Origin: Candidatus Eiseniibacteriota bacterium
GTDB taxonomy: Bacteria > Eisenbacteria > RBG-16-71-46
Reading direction: 5' to 3'
NCBI GenBank assembly: GCA_041483195.1
Contig: JBGPFC010000010.1
Coordinates: forward strand, 1-64,000
DNA length: 64,000 nucleotides
The translations under genes were made by a program, and so were the position numbers. Shown one piece after another: positions 18,994 to 26,912 of this stretch. How positions within the stretch are numbered: the first letter of the stretch is position 1; each line of letters opens with the position of its first letter. The notes under the pieces were generated by a model. That model ran no database searches and was not told where the DNA came from. It worked only from the letters and a program-made list of their open reading frames with translations.

Positions 18994-19377
18994 CTATTTC
19001 CCGGAGGCGGCACCCGGCAGCTCGGCGGCCATCGCGGTCTTCTCCACGCGCGCGTTCGCGGCGCAGCGCGGGCACTTCCCGGAGTGTTCGACCGGCTTGT
19101 TGTCGGCGGGGCAGATGTAGCTCACGCGAGTCTCGACCAGCGCCGTGCTGTCCATCTCGCACACGCCGGCGCGATCGTAGTCCATGCCGCACTTCGGGCA
19201 TTCCCACACCTGAGTCTGGTTGGTGAGCTCATCGATGGACCGCGGCGCGGAGGCCGTCACCGCCTCGGTGCCGGATGCGCTCGAAGACGAGTGGGCCGCC
19301 GAGGTCGACGAGCCCGGCGAAGCCTGACAGCCCGCGATGGCGAGCGCGATCAGCGTGATGAGGAGCGGACGGTGCAT
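18994..19377 (-). CDS. Lipoprotein with two heavy-metal-binding-domain-like Cys motifs
   Basis: Lipobox AIAGC; 'WECPKCGM..AGVCEMD' and 'YICPAD..SGKCPRC'; GGAG RBS. Confidence 0.75.
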   Translation of the reverse strand: MHRPLLITLIALAIAGCQASPGSSTSAAHSSSSASGTEAVTASAPRSIDELTNQTQVWECPKCGMDYDRAGVCEMDSTALVETRVSYICPADNKPVEHSGKCPRCAANARVEKTAMAAELPGAASGK

Positions 19378-19395
19378 GACGGACTCCAACGAAAG

Positions 19396-19472
19396 TGGTG
19401 CGCCCTGGAGGATTTGAACCCCCAGCCTTCTGGTCCGTAGCCAGACGCTCTATCCAATTGAGCTAAGGGCGC
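19396..19472 (-). tRNA. tRNA-Arg(ACG)
   Basis: GCGCCCTTAGCTCAATTGGATAGAGCGTCTGGCT-ACG-GACCAGAAGGCTGGGGGTTCAAATCCTCCAGGGCGCACCA folds as a cloverleaf with CCA. Confidence 0.97.
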
Positions 19473-19494
19473 ACACATCGACCGCATGAACATC

Positions 19495-19586
19495 TGGCGG
19501 AGAGGAGAGGATTCGAACCTCCGGATCAGTTTTACCCGATCAACCGCTTAGCAGGCGGCTGCCTTCAGCCACTCGGCCACCTCTCC
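19495..19586 (-). tRNA. tRNA-Ser(GCT)
   Basis: GGAGAGG...GCCGCCT-GCT-AAGCGGT, long variable arm, GTTCGAATC, GCCA end. Confidence 0.97.
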
Positions 19587-19596
19587 AAGCTACATC

Positions 19597-19682
19597 TGGC
19601 GGAGGGAGTAGGATTCGAACCCACGGAGCTTTCGCTCTCCGGTTTTCAAGACCGGCGCCTTAAACCACTCGGCCATCCCTCC
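19597..19682 (-). tRNA. tRNA-Ser(TGA)
   Basis: GGAGGGA...CCGGTCT-TGA-AAACCGG, variable arm, GTTCGAATC, GCCA end. Confidence 0.97.
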
Positions 19683-19745
19683 GAGGCGCTGGGCCTGAGC
19701 ACGATCAGCGACCAGCGACGAGCCTGCGAAAGCTTACGCTGCTAC

Positions 19746-20600
19746 GGCTGTTGCTACGGTCGCCACTCCCTACGCCCCCGCGAGCCGCGACGCCTCGCGC
19801 TGCACGGCCTCGTCAGTCAACCGGGCGTAGCGCTGCGTGGTCACGAGCGTCGAGTGACCAAGGATGGCTTGCAGGCCGGCCAAACTACCACCCCGCTCAA
19901 GCCACTTGCAAGCGACCGTGTGCCGCCGCTGTTGGGGGTGGGATCTCGCTACGCCGCTCAGTCGCTTGGCCGGGCGCGTGAACGATCCCTGCGCCCGGGG
20001 AGAGAACGGCACGAGCTTGCGGGCGCGGTTTCTCAACTCCGCTCGAAGCTCGGCGGGCAGTGGCACCCGACGCACTCGGCCGGTCCTGATGTGGTGGACG
20101 AGGTTGCCCCGAGCATGGCGCGTCACGCCGCGATCCGGCCAGATGCCCCGGGTACCCCCTCTCGCCGCGTGCCCACGGCTGGCCGTGGGGTCTTCTTCCC
20201 TGCCATCGCAGGCAAACCAATCGAAGGCTCGCGCATCTCTTGCGAGCTCCCTATCGACGCCCTTCCCGATCTCCTGCTCGACCTCAGCGACTGGCCCGAC
20301 CCTATTCATGAGTGCTTTCGCGCCTTCCTCGAGTCGTTCTGACACGTTGCCCTTGACCGCTCGAATCCACAATAGAACACTTTTCAACATTGTCGATTCG
20401 AGCGGTAATCGCCCCACGGCGCACGCGACTCGATGTTTCCGTACTGGAACCACTCTTCCACCTGCTAGAAGCCGGGGGTGATCGCTCCTGGTGCGGCTCC
20501 GGCTTCAAAGTGACGCTCGGACCGCGCGCCCACGCGTCGCTCCATGACCACTCCAGGCCCAAGCGGATTTCTCCGCGCGGAACGATGGGCTGTTGCTACG
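19746..20600. mobile_element. Decayed integrative-element remnant bounded by 13-bp direct repeats
   Basis: ggctgttgctacg at 19746-19758 and 20588-20600; encloses an integrase fragment; adjacent to the tRNA cluster. Confidence 0.55.
19770..20130 (-). pseudogene. Tyrosine recombinase/integrase C-terminal fragment
   Basis: 'RTGRVRRVPL...HPQQRRHT.AC.WLERGGSL..LQAILGHS....TQRYA' matches box II (HxxR, LGH, Y) in degenerate form. The box I Arg (TGxR) was not found upstream. Confidence 0.8.
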
Positions 20601-20712
20601 CTCTCATATATACTGCCGCCGCGATGGTCCGCGTTCCGAATCGCTCCACCCAGACTGAGGGCCGGCCGGCCCCCCCGGCGTGCGCTTCGCTGCGCGGCGT
20701 GCAGCGCGCCGC

Positions 20713-22308
20713 ATGACGCACCGCGGCCGCCGGCCCGACACACCTCCTTCTCATTCCGACACCCGTCGCCTTTTCCCGGGGGCTGCCGGGGTCGCGCCCG
20801 AGCTGCTGCGCGACGCTCCCCGTCGACTGGGTCTCGTGGGTCTCGTCTTCGCGATCGGGCACGTGACCTACTATCTGATCTCCCTCCTCCAGTACCGCCT
20901 GCACTGGGTCCACTACCGACCCGAGCGGGAGATCGCGCAGTGGGTGGGCATCGTCATGGGATTCGCCGTGTACTGGATCTCTCGCCGCCGCTCGATTACG
21001 CCGGAGTCGCTGGTCTGGGTCGGGGTGATGTTCGAGCTGGTGGGGGGGATGGTCCTTGTGTACCCGGAAGATCTGGTGGTGCTCGCCCATCTGCCGGATG
21101 CGCTCATCGGAGTGTCGTGGCTGGCGGTCTGGATCACACTGTTCCCGCTTGTCCTTCCCGCCAGCACGGCCCTGATCGTGACCACCGGCCTCGTGACTGC
21201 GTGCACCAGCCCGGCGGCGATGGGGCTGCTTCATCTGCAGGGCCATCCGTGGCCGCCGCCCGACGTTCAGATGTTCACCTTCCTTCCCAATTTTGTGGCC
21301 GCGGGGCTCGCGAGCTTTCCGTCGATCGTGCTCAGCCGGCTGCGCCGCGCCGTCTCCGAGGCTCGGGTGATGGGAAGCTACCAGCTGGAAGAGCGCCTCG
21401 GCGCAGGGGGCATGGGCGAGGTGTGGCGCGCCTCGCACCGTTTGCTGGCTCGACCCGCCGCGATCAAGCTCATCCGGACCGAACGCCTGGCACAGATCAC
21501 GGGGGACGAGGCGGATACCTTGCTCCAACGCTTCGATCTGGAGGCGCAGGTCACTGCCTCACTCACCTCGCCGCACACCGTCGCACTTTACGACTTCGGC
21601 GTGACCGAAGACGGCACGCTTTACTACGTCATGGAGCTGCTGCACGGCCTCGACCTCGAGCGTCTCGTCGAGCGCTTCGGACCGGTGCCGGCCGGACGAT
21701 GCGTGGCGCTCCTCGCGCAAGCGTGCGAATCGCTCGAGGAGGCGCACGCGCGCGGGCTCACACACCGCGACATCAAGCCCGCGAATCTCCATGTCGGCCG
21801 GATGGGCAGGCGCTGGGACGCCGTCAAGGTGCTCGACTTCGGGCTCGTGCTCCGCGACCGGGTGGCCGGCCGCGCGGAGGCCCGGCTCACCGCGGCCGAT
21901 CAGGTGGGTGGCACGCCAGCATTCATGGCGCCCGAGATGATTCTTGGCAACGCCGTGGACGGGCGCGCGGACCTGTACGCGCTGGGTTGCGTCGCCTATT
22001 GGCTGCTGACCGGGACCATGGTCTTCGAGGGCCGGACGTCGCTCGACGTGATGATGCGGCACCTCGGGGCGGAACCCGTGCCGCCCTCGCAGCGGACCAA
22101 GCTCCCCATACCACGCGAGCTCGAGGCGCTGGTGCTCGCATGCCTCGCCAAGGACCCCGCGGCGCGCCCCGCGAACGCATCGGTGATGCGGCGTGAGCTC
22201 ACGGCCATTCCACTTGCCGAGCCGTGGACGGACGACGACGCGGCACGCTGGTGGCAGGTGCACATGCCGGAGCTGGCCACGGAAGCTCTTTCCGCCGTGA
22301 TTCAGTGA
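20713..22308 (+). CDS. Membrane-anchored Ser/Thr protein kinase
   Basis: About 6 N-terminal TM helices; GAGGMGEV, AIK, HRDIKPAN, DFG, GTPAFMAPE, DLYALG. Confidence 0.92.
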   Translation: MTHRGRRPDTPPSHSDTRRLFPGAAGVAPELLRDAPRRLGLVGLVFAIGHVTYYLISLLQYRLHWVHYRPEREIAQWVGIVMGFAVYWISRRRSITPESLVWVGVMFELVGGMVLVYPEDLVVLAHLPDALIGVSWLAVWITLFPLVLPASTALIVTTGLVTACTSPAAMGLLHLQGHPWPPPDVQMFTFLPNFVAAGLASFPSIVLSRLRRAVSEARVMGSYQLEERLGAGGMGEVWRASHRLLARPAAIKLIRTERLAQITGDEADTLLQRFDLEAQVTASLTSPHTVALYDFGVTEDGTLYYVMELLHGLDLERLVERFGPVPAGRCVALLAQACESLEEAHARGLTHRDIKPANLHVGRMGRRWDAVKVLDFGLVLRDRVAGRAEARLTAADQVGGTPAFMAPEMILGNAVDGRADLYALGCVAYWLLTGTMVFEGRTSLDVMMRHLGAEPVPPSQRTKLPIPRELEALVLACLAKDPAARPANASVMRRELTAIPLAEPWTDDDAARWWQVHMPELATEALSAVIQ

Positions 22309-22421
22309 GCCGGGCCACGTGGCCGCAGCCTCGCGCGCCGCGTCGTCGTCCGCCCGGGCGATTCGGGGCCAAGTGCGCCGTGACGGAGCGCTGGGCCGTA
22401 TGTACTGTCCTCGTCGTGCGC

Positions 22422-25136
22422 ATGAGAGTTCCCATCCTTCGTGTCCTCTGTCCGCTGATCATCGCGGCATGCCTCGTACCCGCGTCCGTTCCTGCTCAGG
22501 AGACGACCGGCAACATCGAAGGCCGAGTCCTCGGCGAGCGGCTCGGCCCGATGGCTCAGGCGCACATCTTCGTGGCCGGGCCAGACCTGCAGGGCAAGCG
22601 CGCGGCCTGGTCCGATGATCAGGGCTACTTCCGCGTGCCTGCGCTGCCGGTCGGGCTCTATGTCGTGACCGTGTCAGGGATGACTTACCGCAGTGTGACC
22701 TTCGAGAACGTGCGCGTTCAGCTCGGCGCGACCGCCGCGCTCGGCAATATTCGAATGGTCATCGCGGCTCTCGAGGTGGAAGGCACGACGACCGTCGCCA
22801 CACGCCCACTCATCGACCCGGCCTCCACTTCGGCGGGCGGCAATATCACGTCAGACACGTACACGGCACTCCCAGGTGATCGCGACTACCAATCGATCGT
22901 GACCCTGGTGCCCGGGGCGAACGCGTCGTCCTTCGGTGACCGCGCCAATCTGTCGGGCGCGACGGGACCCGAAACCGCCTACTTCGTGGACGGAGTCAAC
23001 GTCGTTCAGCCTCCCAGCAACTCGCAAAGCATCAGCCTCCCCCACAACTTCCTGCGTGAGGTCGAAGTGCGCGAAGGCGGCGATGAGGCCGAATATGGTG
23101 GGGTGCTGGGCGGCATCGTCAATGCCGTCACGGCTTCGGGCGGAAACGAATTTCACGGTCAAGCGTTCGGGTTCTATGCCAACCGACTTCTGACCAGCGG
23201 AGCCAAGCGCGGGGCGGCGCAGACCGCTTCGGGCTACTTCGCGTACGACGTGGGTGCGAGTGTGGGCGGTCCGCTCATCAAGGACCGCCTGTGGTTCTTC
23301 CTGGCTGGCAACCCGACCGCAGAGCACGAAAGGGTGGTCGTGCCCGGGCTTGGCGACCGCACTGATCGCCAACGCGCCGAGCGCTACTCGGCCAAGATCA
23401 CATGGCAGGCAGCGGATAACACTCACGTAGTCTTCACCGCTATTGGTGACCCCGCGCTTCGCGACCAGGTCGGGGGCATCATCCGTGAAAACGGTGCGGG
23501 CGGGCTTTCCCAGGCCAGCAGCCTGGGGAACTTGGATCCCTACCTGGGAGAGCAGAAGAAGGGCGGCGCGAACTTCTCGCTCTCGGCGGTCCACATCCTG
23601 AGCCCGAAGGCATTCCTGGAGGCCACGCTCAACCGCGCGGACTCTCGTGCTTCGCTGCTTGCGACTACCGCGCGCGGCCGCGACGAACCGCTGTTCATCG
23701 ACACCCGAACCGGATACGTAGAGGGTGGGTTCGGGACGCTATCTGACCGGAAGAGTGGTCGCACGGGAGCGCGACTCGCGGGCAGCTACGCGTGGAGGAG
23801 ACACTCCTTCAAGGCCGGCGTCGAGTACTCCGACGAGTTCTACCGCACCTTCGAGGACCAGTCAGCCGGCGACCTCGGCATTGTCCTGAGAATCGGCGAC
23901 TCGCTCTACCAGACAACGACCTACGAGGACAAGCGCACCAGCAATCACAATCGTATCCCCGCTGGCTTCGTCCAGGACTCGTGGCAGCTCGGGCGCGGAC
24001 TGCGGCTGAACGTCGGCCTGCGCTGGTCCGCGGAGTATTGGATCAGCTCGGGCGGCGACGTGGGCCAGCGGATCACCGACGAGTGGCAGCCCCGCGTGGG
24101 CTTGACCTACCTCCCGGGCGAGCAGGGCCGGCAGAAGCTCTTCGCATCATATGGTCGCACCTACCAGCCGACCCGCCTCAATACGCCACAGCTTTTCCTT
24201 CAGGATATGCCGAATCTGTTCAGCATCCGGCTCTTCAACCACGATCCGCGCCAGGATCCGGCCGGAGGCGCCACGGTCTTCTCCCAGCTGCTCGGGCGGC
24301 AGCCCGAGGTGAACGGCCTCGAGGGGGCCCACCACGATGAATTCCAACTCGGCTACGAGCATCTGCTGCTCGATCGGCTCAAGCTCGGCGTTCGCGGCCG
24401 CTACAGGGCTCTGCGGCAGGGAATTGTCGGTGTGATTTCACCCGCAACCGGGCGCGCGGTGTACGGCAACCCCGGAAAGGGAGAGTTGGCCGCCTATCCC
24501 GAGATGAACCGGGAATATCGCGCGCTCGAGCTGGTGGTCGAGCGGACGCCGGCCGGTTCCACTTCGCTCGAGGCGTCGTGGGTCTGGTCGAGGAATCTCG
24601 GGAACTACGAGGGTTACTGGGATCAGTCGATCGGGACCAACGATCCGGTCGGAGCCGCCACCTTCATGACCTCACCGTCGCTGGCCCGGAACACGGGCGG
24701 CTTCCTCCCCAACGACCAGACGCACGTGCTCAAGCTCTTCGGTTCGCAGGGCTTCCACGCTGGCATCAGCGCAGGCGCGTCTCTCACCTGGGCCAGCGGC
24801 ACACCTCTGAGCGAACTCGGCGCCTCTCCGTATGGCTACCCGTACTTCGTATTTCTCAAGCCTCGCGGGCAGGCCGGCCGAACGCCTTCCACATACGATC
24901 TCAACCTTCGGCTCAGCTGGAATGTGCCACTCGATCGCCGCGGCGCGCGGAATTTGCGGGTGATTGCCGACGCCTACCATATCGGCAATCCGCGCCGCGT
25001 GGTGTTCGTGGACCAGGTTCGCTACCTCGCCGTCACCAACTCGGGAGTTCAGGCGTCACCCAACCCGGACTACCGGAAGCCGCTCGCCTTCCAGCCGCCG
25101 ACGGCGGTGCGCCTGGGGATGGAGGCGGGTTGGTAG
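22422..25136 (+). CDS. TonB-dependent receptor (Oar-like) with carboxypeptidase regulatory-like N-terminal domain
   Basis: Signal peptide; 'TGNIEGRV...SDDQGYFRVPALPVGLY'; plug 'YFVDG...AEYGG..GG.VN.VT.SG.N'; 'GGPLIKDRLWFF'; C-terminal W. Confidence 0.9.
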   Translation: MRVPILRVLCPLIIAACLVPASVPAQETTGNIEGRVLGERLGPMAQAHIFVAGPDLQGKRAAWSDDQGYFRVPALPVGLYVVTVSGMTYRSVTFENVRVQLGATAALGNIRMVIAALEVEGTTTVATRPLIDPASTSAGGNITSDTYTALPGDRDYQSIVTLVPGANASSFGDRANLSGATGPETAYFVDGVNVVQPPSNSQSISLPHNFLREVEVREGGDEAEYGGVLGGIVNAVTASGGNEFHGQAFGFYANRLLTSGAKRGAAQTASGYFAYDVGASVGGPLIKDRLWFFLAGNPTAEHERVVVPGLGDRTDRQRAERYSAKITWQAADNTHVVFTAIGDPALRDQVGGIIRENGAGGLSQASSLGNLDPYLGEQKKGGANFSLSAVHILSPKAFLEATLNRADSRASLLATTARGRDEPLFIDTRTGYVEGGFGTLSDRKSGRTGARLAGSYAWRRHSFKAGVEYSDEFYRTFEDQSAGDLGIVLRIGDSLYQTTTYEDKRTSNHNRIPAGFVQDSWQLGRGLRLNVGLRWSAEYWISSGGDVGQRITDEWQPRVGLTYLPGEQGRQKLFASYGRTYQPTRLNTPQLFLQDMPNLFSIRLFNHDPRQDPAGGATVFSQLLGRQPEVNGLEGAHHDEFQLGYEHLLLDRLKLGVRGRYRALRQGIVGVISPATGRAVYGNPGKGELAAYPEMNREYRALELVVERTPAGSTSLEASWVWSRNLGNYEGYWDQSIGTNDPVGAATFMTSPSLARNTGGFLPNDQTHVLKLFGSQGFHAGISAGASLTWASGTPLSELGASPYGYPYFVFLKPRGQAGRTPSTYDLNLRLSWNVPLDRRGARNLRVIADAYHIGNPRRVVFVDQVRYLAVTNSGVQASPNPDYRKPLAFQPPTAVRLGMEAGW

Positions 25137-25200
25137 GTCGGCGGTGAGCGCAGGACTCTGGATCGTGCCCTTCTTCCGCGTCGCGGGGACGCGCAGCGCG

Positions 25201-26781
25201 TCAGCCGCCGCCCTGATGCTCGGGCCGCAATAGATCGAGCACGGTCTTCACCGGGTTGAACACCGCGAGCGGCACCTCGACGAAGATCGTGCTCCAGCGC
25301 GCCATCGCCCCGTTCCAGAGCCCGGGGCGCTCGAGCGTCATCAGCTCGCGCCCCTCGTGTGATTTCTTCGTCACGATCACGGCCTCGGGATCCACGAAGC
25401 GGCGAAGATCGAACGCTTCCCCGCGCCGGTCGCGCAGCGCGCAGGCGAGGAAGACCGGATTGAAGTGCGTGCTGCGCGCGAGCGCCTCGCGCTGCGCGGC
25501 CTCGGCCCCATCCACCTGCGCGGATTCCACCACCTGAAGGCTCGTGCCCCCGTCGCGTCCGCGCACCCAGAACGGTCCGCCGCCGGGCTCGCCGGTGTTG
25601 GGCACCATCCCGCACACGCGCAGCGGGCGATCGAGCAGCCGCACCGCCTCCCCCCGCCGGTGGCCGCTCGAAGCCGATTCCGGCGGCGGAACGGCGTGGA
25701 GCTTTTCGCGCGCGAAGGCGAGCGCGTCCTCCGGTGCGTCGAGATCGCGGGCGTCCTCCAGCCGCGCCAGCAGCGCGAAGATCGCGGCCTGGGTCTCGAT
25801 GAGCTTCCCGGTGAGCGCGCGGTTCCACGCGATGGTCGCGTCCTTCATCGCGTCGACCGCGACGTTGTCGACGTTCTTGATGAACGCGAATTCGGCGTCC
25901 AGGTCCTGGAGATTCTCGAGCAGCGCGCCGTGCCCCGCCGGGCGGAACAGCAGGGTGCGGTCCGCGCCGCGGAACGGGCGGCCCGATTCGTCGAGCGCCA
26001 GCGTCTCGCTCGAGGCCTTCTGCACCGAGAACTCCGCGTCGAATCGCACGCCGCAGCGAGCCTCGAGCGACGGCCGGGTGCGCTCGAGCCGTTCGAGAAA
26101 CCGGTCGAGATGTTCGTGCGCCACCGTGAAATGAACACGGCAGCGCCGCGTGGCGTCGGCGAGCAGGGTCGCGGCCTCCACCAGATGCTCCTCGAACGCG
26201 GTTCGCACTCCGCCCGCGGTCCGGTGGAATGGAACGAGCGCCTTCGGGGTCTCCGCGAGGCCGAGCCCGGCGGGCGTGAGCAGGGCCTCGAGCAGCGTCC
26301 CGTATTCCCCGCGCGCGATCAGCCCTGCGCGATCGAGCCCGGTGCGCGCGAGCTCGCGAGCGAGAGATTCATCGAACGCGAAGCGCGCGATCCCCTCGAG
26401 AAACGCGCGCAGGACGCGCGCCTCGGGCCTGCCGGCCCGCAGGTCCTGATCGAGCGAGCGCGGATCGAGCGGCCGGCCGCGGTCCAGGATCAGGAGCAGG
26501 TCCGCGAACATCCGGGTCGCGGCGCCCGAGGCGGGCACGAACGCCGCGCAGCGTCCGGCCTCGGCCGCGCGGGCGGCGATGGGGCGCAGTCGCTCCGCTT
26601 CGTCGTCGGTCAGCACCTCGATGCCGTCGCCGCGCGTGCATGGCCGCTCGAGCGCGAGGTGTGCCTCGGGCCGGGCGAGCAGGGCGATCTGGCGATAGGC
26701 CTCCTCGAGATCGAGCCCGCGCCGCTCGAGCTGCACGGCATCGGCCGCCGAGAACAGGTCGCCGCCCGCGGCGCGAGTCAT
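25201..26781 (-). CDS. DUF4301 family protein
   Basis: 'FVPASGAATRMF', 'FEEHL', 'RPAGHGALLENL', 'FIKNVDN', 'GEPGGGPFW', 'PGLWNGAM', 'FNPVKT'. Confidence 0.9.
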   Translation of the reverse strand: MTRAAGGDLFSAADAVQLERRGLDLEEAYRQIALLARPEAHLALERPCTRGDGIEVLTDDEAERLRPIAARAAEAGRCAAFVPASGAATRMFADLLLILDRGRPLDPRSLDQDLRAGRPEARVLRAFLEGIARFAFDESLARELARTGLDRAGLIARGEYGTLLEALLTPAGLGLAETPKALVPFHRTAGGVRTAFEEHLVEAATLLADATRRCRVHFTVAHEHLDRFLERLERTRPSLEARCGVRFDAEFSVQKASSETLALDESGRPFRGADRTLLFRPAGHGALLENLQDLDAEFAFIKNVDNVAVDAMKDATIAWNRALTGKLIETQAAIFALLARLEDARDLDAPEDALAFAREKLHAVPPPESASSGHRRGEAVRLLDRPLRVCGMVPNTGEPGGGPFWVRGRDGGTSLQVVESAQVDGAEAAQREALARSTHFNPVFLACALRDRRGEAFDLRRFVDPEAVIVTKKSHEGRELMTLERPGLWNGAMARWSTIFVEVPLAVFNPVKTVLDLLRPEHQGGG

Positions 26782-26912
26782 GCCGCCACCTCTCCCCCGG
26801 CGCTAAGGGCGCGAAATCGGCGGCGCGGCGCGCGGGTCTCGATTGCGGGGGCGAGGGAGGCTGCGGGGGATGACATGGCCGCCGCGCAGGCTAGGAATGC
26901 GCAGCGGCGCTG

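Noticed and set aside
19597..19682. tRNA with anticodon TGA taken as tRNA-Sec or a UGA suppressor
   Set aside because: Anticodon TGA reads UCA (Ser). tRNA-Sec needs anticodon TCA, and the arms here are those of an ordinary tRNA-Ser.
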